The notes: a model not told the origin generated them from the sequence alone. Counted from the first letter of the stretch, positions 20,266 through 28,925 are shown. The stretch is DNA of 64,000 nt from Acidobacteriota bacterium (GCA_036337765.1 JAYZDP010000152.1:17-64016), one strand, 5' to 3'. Numbers and translations: made by a program.

Positions 20266-20596
20266 GTGGCGGCGGCGCCGGAGGTACTACCCGCGAGCAC
20301 GAACGACGACAGACGGTCCGCCAGCCGAAGTGCGCGCCGCCTGCCGGTGCGCTTCCGGGTCAAGGGGGAGGAGCGCGAGCAGACGGGGTTTCTCTCCGAC
20401 ATCTCGGCCACTGGCGTCTTCATCGGCACGGCACGCCCCCTACCCCGCGGCGCACCCGCCGCCACTGAACGAGGCAGTGCAGCTGGAGTTTCGGCTCGCC
20501 GATGGGCATACCGTATCGGCAGTCGGACGGGTCGTCCAACGGGTCGAGGAGCCCGAAATCATCCTCGAGACCCTGCGTACGCTGCTCGCAGACTGA
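20266..20596 (+). pseudogene. PilZ-domain (c-di-GMP receptor-like) gene interrupted by a +1 frameshift near a C5/C4 run (20436-20446)
   Basis: N-terminal half in the frame of ORF 20266 (RRSARRLPVRF...FLSDISATGVFIG, i.e. the RxxxR and DxSxxG motifs). C-terminal half in the frame of ORF 20093..20596 (VQLEFRLADGHTVSAVGRVVQRVEE). Confidence 0.45.
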
Positions 20597-20613
20597 ACTG
20601 GCCGCGGGCCGCC

Positions 20614-21639
20614 TCAGCGCCCCTGCTGCTGGCGCCACTCCTGCTCGAGGAAGCGCGCTCCTCGCAGGCTGTTGCCGACCGAGTAGTTGCCCTCGTGGCA
20701 GGCGAACTCGTACAACCGCTTGTCCGTCCGCGGCCACGGTAGCGAGCCACTGTACGGCGCGGTGTGCTCGGGATCGTTGACCGTGAATTCGTAGAGCAGG
20801 TTGTCCTCGTCGAGGTGAGTGAAGCGCTCCACGACGTGCAGACCCTCGCGCGATTCGTGCCAGGAGGTCATGAAGTGGGTCGTATCCACCACCAGCGTGT
20901 CGCCTTCGAACCAACCGATCGAGTCGCCAGCCATCGATCGTGCACCGGCGTGGGCGTGCTCCGAATCGAGACGGATGACACGAGCCCAGTGCATCCACTC
21001 GACCAGCAGAACGACGTGGGTCTCGGTCTGGGTGATGGTCTTGACGTTGTTGTACGCCCTGGGACCGATCGGGATGGTGGCCGACTGGTGGAAGACACAG
21101 CGATTGAGCGGGGTCAGCGACTCGGGGCCGTCGTAGGGGTCGTCGCCGTTCTCGAGCCACCAGGCCGTGCCGGTGTTCTCGTAGCCGAACGCGGGCAGAT
21201 CGGCGCGGCGCTTCTCGCCGGCCTCGGTCAGCGTCGGCAGCCGACCGTTCGGCGGGTCGGTGAGGATCGAGGTGCGGTACTTGCCGTCGATGGCGAAAGT
21301 CGTTGTACCGCGATCGAGCCAGAACCGATTGTAGGCACCGACGCCCCCGAACTCCTCGTCACCTCGCGCCGCGGGAGCTGAGCGGTTCGGGTCGCTGGCC
21401 TCGTTCGCACGTGCCGCAGCGGCCGCGTCCGCTTGCTCGATCTCCCGCGCCTCGCGCCCATCCATGTACAGAGTGTCGCCGTACTTCGGATCGCGCTCGT
21501 AGGGCGTCAGGACCGAGATGTCGTACGTGCCAGAGAAGTCCGGCTGACCACTGGGAGTTCGGGGAATGTCATCGGCACTCACGACCGACAGGGCCGAAGA
21601 AACCAAGACGGCTACCGTCAGAACAAGAGTCTTGCTCAT
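20614..21639 (-). CDS. Secreted conserved hypothetical protein, C-terminal CHEGNY motif (paralog of 27709..28821)
   Basis: Signal peptide. Conserved IPRT(P/A)SG(Q/R)PDFSG near the N-terminus. LYEFACHEGNYSVGN near the C-terminus. Lies 25 bp downstream of the PHM-like gene on the same strand. Confidence 0.6.
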   Translation of the reverse strand: MSKTLVLTVAVLVSSALSVVSADDIPRTPSGQPDFSGTYDISVLTPYERDPKYGDTLYMDGREAREIEQADAAAAARANEASDPNRSAPAARGDEEFGGVGAYNRFWLDRGTTTFAIDGKYRTSILTDPPNGRLPTLTEAGEKRRADLPAFGYENTGTAWWLENGDDPYDGPESLTPLNRCVFHQSATIPIGPRAYNNVKTITQTETHVVLLVEWMHWARVIRLDSEHAHAGARSMAGDSIGWFEGDTLVVDTTHFMTSWHESREGLHVVERFTHLDEDNLLYEFTVNDPEHTAPYSGSLPWPRTDKRLYEFACHEGNYSVGNSLRGARFLEQEWRQQQGR

Positions 21640-21664
21640 TCAACGACCTCCCGCCTCCGCAGTG

Positions 21665-23221
21665 CTATAGCCCCGCGCTGGGACTGACGCTGCCGTCGTA
21701 AGGCAAGCCCACGATCGGAATCGCCTGCGGCTCTGCGGTATCCGACCCGATCGTCAGGGTGCCCGTGAATCGTCCGTCGGGCTGAACCGCCCCTTCGATC
21801 ACGGTGGTCGTCGCACTGGCGTCGGGAGTCGGGAACTGAGTGACGATCTTCAGCTCGGCGCCGTTCCACGCAAAGTCATCCAATGATGTCGAGAAAGCCC
21901 CTGTTCCCTGGCCGAGGTACAGCCACCCCTCGCCCTGACGGGGAGCATGGAACGCCAACGACAGGAACCCGTCCACGAGGTAGGAATCCTCGGCCGGATG
22001 AAGCGCCAGCCGAGATAGCAGCATCTGCCGGGCTGGCGTCGGCTTGAAGCGAACCGAGTCCTTCTTCACCGCCTCGACGAAGCCGACGAACATCTCGTTG
22101 AAGGTGTCGCCGCGGTAGATGATCTCCTTGGTGGGGTCCGGATTGTCAGCATTGCCCGCGGAGTTGTCCCACACCGCCGTGACGTCCAGCCGGCTGCCGG
22201 CGGGAATGTCGATGGGCTGGGTCGGGTAGTACAGCCACTGCCAGTTGAAGTTGTAGTTCGGCACGTCGAGCAGCACTTCCTTCTGGCCATCAGGATAGGT
22301 GAGCTCGTAGCTCATCGCCTTGCCGCGCAGGTGCATGTGCGGACTGAAAGCCAGAATCTGCATGTCTTCGTCGAACAGCATGTGGGCCGTCTCGGGATGG
22401 TGATCGGCGCCGGGTGGAATCCGCAGGCCGGTATTCGCTACCGCCAGGGTCACCACTTCCCTTTGCAGCTCACCGTCACCGAAGTAGACGCCGATCTGAG
22501 ACACGTCGCTGGTCGCCTCACCCATCGGGTGGAAGTGCATGTCCAGCTGCAGCGTGGTCTTTTCGCCCAAGACCCGGCCCATCCCGTCGGGAAAGACGTA
22601 GGGCGGCATCCCGGCCGTCCACACCGCAAGCACGCCAGTCGGTCCCCCGCCATAGGTGGCGAGGAAGTGGTGCGCCACCCGCCGGTCCCCGGGGAGAAAC
22701 TCGATCGCTCTCACCCAGCGGTCTCCGTCGAGCGCGATCTCATGGCGCTGGACCGTGAAGATGTCGTCGCCATCCGCGGGCACGTCGACACGGTCAAGGG
22801 CGATCACGAGGTCCGGCTCGCCGAGCGTCCAACCGTCGGCGAAGGTCGGGACTTCGGGGAGATCGGAAGGGTTGCCTTCCGCGGCACCCTGTTTCGCCCA
22901 GTTGACGATGGTCGCGATCTCGGCATCCGAGAGCGAGATGTCGTTGGACCACTCGTGCCGATCGGACTCACCGCTGAACGGCGGCATGTCACGGCTCTGC
23001 ACTTGCTTGGCGATCGAGCGGGCCCATGGCCGCACTTCTTGGTAAGACAGTAGGGACATGGGCGCGACTTCGCCGGGCCGATGACACTGGGCACAGTTCT
23101 CGAAAAATATCGGAGCCACGTCGCGGCTGAAGGTCGGCGCGTCGACGGCGGCGGCGGCCGGCAAGGCGAGCAGGATCGAGAGGGCGGCGAGAGGGGTCAC
23201 GACGAGGATCTTCGACATCAT
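21665..23221 (-). CDS. Cytochrome c (PSCyt-like) domain fused to a PHM/DBH-like two-copper monooxygenase domain
   Basis: Signal peptide. FSRDVAPIFFENCAQCHRPG (heme CxxCH). CuH-site-like VAHHFLATYGG and LDMHFHP. CuM-site-like HMHLRGK and NEM. Confidence 0.65.
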   Translation of the reverse strand: MMSKILVVTPLAALSILLALPAAAAVDAPTFSRDVAPIFFENCAQCHRPGEVAPMSLLSYQEVRPWARSIAKQVQSRDMPPFSGESDRHEWSNDISLSDAEIATIVNWAKQGAAEGNPSDLPEVPTFADGWTLGEPDLVIALDRVDVPADGDDIFTVQRHEIALDGDRWVRAIEFLPGDRRVAHHFLATYGGGPTGVLAVWTAGMPPYVFPDGMGRVLGEKTTLQLDMHFHPMGEATSDVSQIGVYFGDGELQREVVTLAVANTGLRIPPGADHHPETAHMLFDEDMQILAFSPHMHLRGKAMSYELTYPDGQKEVLLDVPNYNFNWQWLYYPTQPIDIPAGSRLDVTAVWDNSAGNADNPDPTKEIIYRGDTFNEMFVGFVEAVKKDSVRFKPTPARQMLLSRLALHPAEDSYLVDGFLSLAFHAPRQGEGWLYLGQGTGAFSTSLDDFAWNGAELKIVTQFPTPDASATTTVIEGAVQPDGRFTGTLTIGSDTAEPQAIPIVGLPYDGSVSPSAGL

Positions 23222-23314
23222 CGGCTCATTCTAGCCTGTCATCCGGCGACCTGTCGTCAGGCTGCTGCAAGCGCGCCGTATACTGCTGCAGTCCAACGAG
23301 CCAGGAGATCCGTC

Positions 23315-24592
23315 ATGCGCGCATCCACAACAATGGCCATCGCCATCGCCATCGCCATCGCTGCAGTCTTTCTCGTCACCGGCGCGGCACTGGCCGCGGC
23401 CAAAGACGTCGTCGCGGAGCCCACCTTCTACCGCGACGTGGCGCCCATCCTCCAGCAAAGCTGCCAGAACTGCCACCGCGATGGCGGCGCCAACCTCGGC
23501 GGTCAAGTCGCGCCCATGGCACTCGTCTCCTATGCCGACACCCGCCCGTGGGCCAAGGCGATCGCCAAACAGGTCGAGGCACGCACGATGCCTCCGTGGC
23601 ACGCCTCGCACGCGCAGAACGGGATCTTTCACAACCAGCGCACCCTCAGCGAGGGCCAGATCGCCACCGTAGTGGCTTGGGCCCGCGGCGGAGCGCCGGC
23701 CGGAAACGTCGCCGACGCGCCGACTCCGAAGGCGTGGCCACCGACCGTTGACGGCTGGATCACCGGCGAGCCGGATCTCGAGATCGCCATCGAGCGCACC
23801 TTCATCGAGGACGACGTGCAAGACATCTACATGGACCTGGTGACCGAGATCACCCCCGACATGCTCCCCGAGCCGCGCTGGGTCAAGTCGATCGAGTTCC
23901 AGCCGGGAAGCTCGATCGTGCACCACATCGTCGCCCCACCCCTCGGCGGTCTCGGACCGGGGCTGCAGCCGTACCTGTACGCCGAGAACTTCGGCACCCT
24001 CCTCGCGCCTGGTGACCGGGTGCGCTGGTCGATGCACTACCACAAGGAGCCCGGCCCCGGCACCGGAGTGTGGGATCAGTCGCGCGCCAACATCCAGTTC
24101 TATCCCCCGGGAGTGGTGCCCGATCATCCCGTGGTCTGGGCCCACGCGTCGCGCTACGACTTCGTGCTGCCGCCGGGCGACGAGCACGTCCAGTACACCC
24201 AACGGCTACCGATCGAGCGCGACGCGCTACTGCTAGCGCTGAACCCGCACATGCATCTGCGCGGCAAGGCCGCGCGCTACACCGCGCACTACCCCGACGG
24301 TACGACCGAAGTCCTGCTCGACGTGCCGCGCTACGACTTCAACTGGCAGACCACGTACGAGTATCCGCTCGGCGAGCCCAAGAACCTGCCGGCCGGCACC
24401 GAGATCGAGTTCATGGCCGCCTGGGACAACTCGGCCGACAACCCGTACAACCCGAACCCGGCGGAAGAAGTGCGCTTTGGTAAGCCAACCACGGCCGAGA
24501 TGATGGTCGGTTGGGTCATCCTCTCCGACGCAGAGCCCGGTGTCACCGTGCCAGGGGGGGTCTTGACCAGCCGGACGCGCGTGGCCGACTGA
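23315..24592 (+). CDS. Cytochrome c (PSCyt-like)–PHM/DBH-like copper monooxygenase fusion, divergent paralog
   Basis: FYRDVAPILQQSCQNCHRDG. VHHIVAPPLGG. SMHYHKEPG. HMHLRGKA. AEMM. Same architecture as 21665..23221. Confidence 0.65.
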   Translation: MRASTTMAIAIAIAIAAVFLVTGAALAAAKDVVAEPTFYRDVAPILQQSCQNCHRDGGANLGGQVAPMALVSYADTRPWAKAIAKQVEARTMPPWHASHAQNGIFHNQRTLSEGQIATVVAWARGGAPAGNVADAPTPKAWPPTVDGWITGEPDLEIAIERTFIEDDVQDIYMDLVTEITPDMLPEPRWVKSIEFQPGSSIVHHIVAPPLGGLGPGLQPYLYAENFGTLLAPGDRVRWSMHYHKEPGPGTGVWDQSRANIQFYPPGVVPDHPVVWAHASRYDFVLPPGDEHVQYTQRLPIERDALLLALNPHMHLRGKAARYTAHYPDGTTEVLLDVPRYDFNWQTTYEYPLGEPKNLPAGTEIEFMAAWDNSADNPYNPNPAEEVRFGKPTTAEMMVGWVILSDAEPGVTVPGGVLTSRTRVAD

Positions 24593-24607
24593 CGACAGGT
24601 CCCCGGT

Positions 24608-25624
24608 TCAGGGAGCGTCGATGACCCACATGTCGGCCTGCACGCTGCTGCCGGTCGGCGAGCCACCGGCGACATAGAGCTTGCCGCCGAGGATCGCCGC
24701 CGCCGGCGAGGAAAGCGGCATCGGCAGAGTCGCTACGTGCCGCCACTCTCCACCGGGCGCAAGCGTGAGGATGCCAGGGTCGATCTTCTTCGACTCGCCT
24801 GCGGCAGTGGTGTGGCCACCGACCATCCAGATCTTTCCGCCGTGCACGAAGGTGCCGCCCTCGGCGTGCGAGTGGCCCTTGGGAAGAGACGGGCCGGCGG
24901 ACCAGGAGTCGGTCGCCGGGTCGTAGATGTCGACACGGGCCTGATCGAGCTGCTTCGAGTCGTGATGCAACTGACCGCCGATGGCGTAGATCTTTCCATT
25001 AAAGACGACGCACGAGAACTGGTTGCGCGGGCCCGGCAGCGGCGCCGCGTCGGTCCACTCGGCAGAACCGCCGGCCCAATCGTCTAAGTCCAGCACCCAA
25101 TGGTCAGCGGCATTGGTGTCGCGATCGGCCTTCACGCCGCCCATGTAGTGGAGCTCGCGGCCGACGATCGCAAGACCGCCGCCGCCGCGCGTTTCAGGCA
25201 GCAGCGGCGCCGCAGTGAAGCGGTCCTGGTCGACGTCGTAGCTCCATACCTCGGCGATGGTGTGTCCTTTGTAGCCGTCCTTGAAGCCGCCGGCGTACCA
25301 GACCGTGCGTCCGTCGAGCACGAGGTTCATGTGCGTGATGGCACTCGGCAGATCCTGGATCCGCGTCCAGCTGCCGTCAGCAGGGTCGAAGAAGTGCGAG
25401 ATCCGACTCGAGCGCACCCCCTCGGTGTAACCGCCGAGCAGGTAGAGCTTGGCGTCGAGCACGAAGGTGCCCGCCTCCCACTTCTCGACCGGCATGTCCG
25501 GCAGCTGGACCCAGTCGCTCTGGGCGGAAACCGTGGATGTGAGCACGAAAGCGAGAGTCGCAATCGCGGCCCACGTGACGCGGCACGACATCCGACTTCC
25601 ACGCTGGAACCTGTTGGCCTTCAT
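24608..25624 (-). CDS. Kelch-repeat beta-propeller protein (NanM/mutarotase-like), secreted
   Basis: Six Kelch blades (KLYLLGGY, RTVWYAGGF, ELHYMGGV, KIYAIGGQ, KIWMVGGH, KLYVAGGS). Start set at MKANRF, which has a GGAGG RBS and a signal peptide, rather than the track start at 25834. Confidence 0.75.
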   Translation of the reverse strand: MKANRFQRGSRMSCRVTWAAIATLAFVLTSTVSAQSDWVQLPDMPVEKWEAGTFVLDAKLYLLGGYTEGVRSSRISHFFDPADGSWTRIQDLPSAITHMNLVLDGRTVWYAGGFKDGYKGHTIAEVWSYDVDQDRFTAAPLLPETRGGGGLAIVGRELHYMGGVKADRDTNAADHWVLDLDDWAGGSAEWTDAAPLPGPRNQFSCVVFNGKIYAIGGQLHHDSKQLDQARVDIYDPATDSWSAGPSLPKGHSHAEGGTFVHGGKIWMVGGHTTAAGESKKIDPGILTLAPGGEWRHVATLPMPLSSPAAAILGGKLYVAGGSPTGSSVQADMWVIDAP

Positions 25625-25693
25625 GCGTTCCTCCGCAACGAGTCTCGACGTTGTTCGAGAAGTGAAGTGTACTGTCGCTACCATTGCGAGCCG

Positions 25694-26428
25694 ATGACTG
25701 TCCGGGTCGCCATGTGGTCGGGGCCACGCAATATCTCGACCGCGATGATGCGCTCCTGGGGCTCCAGGGCGGACACCGTGGTCGTGGACGAGCCGTTCTA
25801 TGCGCACTACCTGCAGCAGACCGGCCTCGAGCATCCGGGCGCCGAAGAGATCATCGATCGAGGTCAGACCGATTGGCGAGACGTAGTCGCATCACTCTTC
25901 GAGGATCTTTCCGAGGGAAAGTCGGTGCAGTTTCAGAAGCAGATGACGCTACATCTCCTCGAGAGCATGGACCGCGGCTGGATCCACAACGTCGTGAACT
26001 GCTTCCTTATCCGCGAGCCCCGTGACGTGATTACTTCGTACGCCGCTAAGCGCCCGCATCTCGATCTTTCTGACCTCGGCTTCCTCCAGCAAGCCGAGCT
26101 TCACGCTTGGGTCCTCGAGCACACCGGACAAGACCCACCCATCGTCGACGCCCGCGACGTGCAGAACCACCCGGAGGCCGTCCTGGCGCGCCTGTGCGAG
26201 CGCATCGGCACCGCCTTCGACCCCGCCATGCTCTCGTGGCCGCCTGGCCGCCGCGACACCGACGGTATCTGGGCTCCCCACTGGTACACGTCGGTCGAGG
26301 CCTCTACGGGCTTCAACCCCTATCGCGAAAAGGGCCAGGACGTGCCCGCGGCCCTCGAGGGCATCTACAAGGTGGGCCTCGAGACATATCGCGAGCTCTA
26401 CGAGCAGAGAATCCGACCGGACGACTAA
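25694..26428 (+). CDS. Sulfotransferase-like P-loop family protein (BCAT-like-associated N-domain type)
   Basis: N-terminal MWSGPRNISTAMMRSW motif. About 245 aa. Immediately followed by a class IV aminotransferase. Confidence 0.45.
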   Translation: MTVRVAMWSGPRNISTAMMRSWGSRADTVVVDEPFYAHYLQQTGLEHPGAEEIIDRGQTDWRDVVASLFEDLSEGKSVQFQKQMTLHLLESMDRGWIHNVVNCFLIREPRDVITSYAAKRPHLDLSDLGFLQQAELHAWVLEHTGQDPPIVDARDVQNHPEAVLARLCERIGTAFDPAMLSWPPGRRDTDGIWAPHWYTSVEASTGFNPYREKGQDVPAALEGIYKVGLETYRELYEQRIRPDD

Positions 26429-26443
26429 CTGAGGCGAGGAAAC

Positions 26444-27358
26444 ATGCTCCAACAGTGGAACGAAAAAAACTCGGACATCCAGATCAGCATCAACGGTCGC
26501 CTGGTGCACCGCGACGTCGCCGGGGTCAGCCCCTTCGACTCCGTGGTCCAGGGCGGCGATGCGGTCTGGGAGGGGCTGCGCCTGTACCAGGGACACATCT
26601 TTAAGCTGGAGGAGCACCTCGACCGCCTTCGCAGCTCGGCTCTCGCCCTGGCCTTCCGCGAGATCCCGCCGCACGATGAGCTCGTCGCCGAGATTCGTCG
26701 GACCCTCGAGGCCAACCAGATGTTCGACAATGTCCACATCCGCCTGACTCTGACCCGAGGGGTCAAGATCACGTCGGGCATGGACCCGCGTCTCAACCAG
26801 AGCGGACCCACCCTCATCGTTATCGCCGAGCACAAAGCCCCCGTCTACGGCAGCACCGGGGTCACCCTCGTCACCTCGGCGCTGCGTCGCTTCTCGCCCG
26901 ATTTCCTGGACCCGAAGATCCACCACTGCAATCTAATCCAGTCGATCCTGGCGAAGATCGAAGCCAACACCGCCGGCGCCGACGACGCCCTGATGCTCGA
27001 CCAGAATGGCTTCATCGCCGAGACCAACGCCACCCACTTCTTCCTCGTCCAGGGCGGCACGGTGCTAACCAGCCGGCTTCTTGCGTGTCCAGAAGGCATC
27101 ACTCGTGCGACGGTGCTCGAGCTGTGTTTCGAGCTCGACATCCCCTGCTCGGAGCGCGATCTGTCCCTGACCGAGGCCTACCGCTGCGACGAGGCGTTCT
27201 GCACCGGGACCATGGGCGAGCTGGTACCTGTTGTCCGCCTTGACGATCGGCCCCTCGGCGGGCTGGGCAGGCCGGTGACCGAGCGTCTTCACGCCGCGTT
27301 TCGCGACCTCACCGTTGCCTCCGGCACCCGGCTCGTCGACCCACTCGCCGATGACTGA
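26444..27358 (+). CDS. Class IV (fold type IV) PLP aminotransferase (BCAT/D-AAT/ADCL-like)
   Basis: 304 aa with class IV-typical motifs (EAFCTGTMGELVPV). Confidence 0.85.
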   Translation: MLQQWNEKNSDIQISINGRLVHRDVAGVSPFDSVVQGGDAVWEGLRLYQGHIFKLEEHLDRLRSSALALAFREIPPHDELVAEIRRTLEANQMFDNVHIRLTLTRGVKITSGMDPRLNQSGPTLIVIAEHKAPVYGSTGVTLVTSALRRFSPDFLDPKIHHCNLIQSILAKIEANTAGADDALMLDQNGFIAETNATHFFLVQGGTVLTSRLLACPEGITRATVLELCFELDIPCSERDLSLTEAYRCDEAFCTGTMGELVPVVRLDDRPLGGLGRPVTERLHAAFRDLTVASGTRLVDPLADD

Positions 27359-27394
27359 GGCGGCGCGCAAGATTCGAGCGCGAGGCGAAGGTGA

Positions 27395-27690
27395 TCGCCA
27401 CCCTCATATCGTCACGATCTACGCCATCGAGGACGTCGAGGGCACGCGCTGCCCTACATGTCCCCGGAGCAGGTGCAGGGGCTCGGGATCGATCACCGCA
27501 CCCATATCTTCTCGTTCGGCATCGCGACGCCAGCCGGGGAGCCACCGAAGAAAGCGCCGCCGCACAAGACCTACCGGACACCTCTTGCCGGTCGTGAGAC
27601 CGAACGCAGCGAACTCCTCGGACTGCTCGAACAGGCTGAGCAGGGCCGCTCGGCATGCCCAAGCACTCGGCCATGTCCGCCACCCACCTG
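27395..27690 (+). pseudogene. Relic fragments of a Ser/Thr protein kinase, followed by the start of a kinase-associated ATPase/STAND-like region
   Basis: One frame gives HPHIVTIYAIEDVEG (subdomain V-like). Another frame gives YMSPEQVQGLGIDHRTHIFSFGI (subdomains VIII-IX), then TPLAGRETERSELLGLLEQAEQG. The catalytic-loop and DFG regions are missing. Confidence 0.4.
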
Positions 27691-27708
27691 GACCAGCTCT
27701 GGGATCTC

Positions 27709-28821
27709 CTAGTCTCCGCCCGTCGGGGCCGCCTCGCCCTCGAGCAGACGCGCGCCACGCATGATGTTTCCGAGCGCGTAGTTGCCCTCGTGGCACGCGT
27801 ACTCGTACACGCGATCGCCTGACGCCGGCCACACATATTCGCCGCTCCAGGGCGCGGTCCAGGTGCCCGGGTCGCTGACCGTGAACGAGTAGCGAATCGT
27901 CGAGGCATCCTCGAAGCTGAAGCGTTCGGTGACACGCATATCGTCGGAGGCTGCCTCGAATCCCGACAGACCGAAGCCGTCGAAGTGGCTCTTGAGGTTG
28001 GCGGTCTCGACCACCAAGGTGTCGCCCTCCCAGTGGCCGACCGAGTCGCCGAGCCACCTCTTGATCTCGCCGGGGTTGTGCTCGCCATCGATGCGGATGA
28101 TGCGCGCGTCGTGGGCCATCTCGATCAGGATCATCAGGTAGTCGTCGGTCTGTACGACGGTCTTCATACTGTTGTAAAGCGTCGGCAGCATCGGCGGCCC
28201 GGCGCTCGAGCCGAAGGCGAGCAAACAGCGCTCGGGCAACGGCCGCTGCTCCATGTCGTCATAAGGACCGGAGTCGCGATCCAGCCACCACGCGGTGCCG
28301 GTGTTCTGGTGTAGCGCGATTGCCAGCTTCGAGGCCTTCGCCGTGCCGTGTGGAGTCATCGGCGGGTACTGGCCATTGGGCGGATCGGTCATGATCGAGG
28401 TGCGCCACTTGCCGTCGATCTTGAAGGCACCCTCACCGGGGTCCATGTAGAAGGCGTTGTAGCCGCCGCTGCCGCCCGAGGCGACCTCGAGACCGGGGTC
28501 GAAGATCGGCGCACCGCCGACCGGAGGAGCGTCGCGATCGGGATCGCTGGGCCGTGCGTCGGCGGCGTAGATCTCGGCCTTGCGAGTGGCGATCGCGGCC
28601 GCCTCCTCGTCGCTAAGGGTCAGGCGGTCGCCAAACTGGGCTGGCCGGGTGAGCGGTGTCAGGGTAGCAGCGTTGTAGTTGCCGCTGAAGTCGGGGCGAC
28701 CGCTCGCGGTGCGTGGAATCTCCGAATCGCCCGCGGCGGCGAACGAGAGGCCTGGAAGCAACAGGGTCACGGCCAGGCCGGTGACCCACCGCTGAGCATG
28801 GCGAAACGATCCTCTACACAT
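27709..28821 (-). CDS. Secreted conserved hypothetical protein, CHEGNY-motif family (paralog of 20614..21639)
   Basis: Signal peptide. IPRTASGRPDFSG. YEYACHEGNYALGN. Confidence 0.6.
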   Translation of the reverse strand: MCRGSFRHAQRWVTGLAVTLLLPGLSFAAAGDSEIPRTASGRPDFSGNYNAATLTPLTRPAQFGDRLTLSDEEAAAIATRKAEIYAADARPSDPDRDAPPVGGAPIFDPGLEVASGGSGGYNAFYMDPGEGAFKIDGKWRTSIMTDPPNGQYPPMTPHGTAKASKLAIALHQNTGTAWWLDRDSGPYDDMEQRPLPERCLLAFGSSAGPPMLPTLYNSMKTVVQTDDYLMILIEMAHDARIIRIDGEHNPGEIKRWLGDSVGHWEGDTLVVETANLKSHFDGFGLSGFEAASDDMRVTERFSFEDASTIRYSFTVSDPGTWTAPWSGEYVWPASGDRVYEYACHEGNYALGNIMRGARLLEGEAAPTGGD

Positions 28822-28925
28822 CTTCGTCTCCTCGGCAGTGACCGCCCGCCAGCCTAGCAGCTAGCACAAGCAGAAGAGCCTGGCGGGGCGGTTAGGATTC
28901 TCATCTCGACTGAGGTCTGTCCGCA

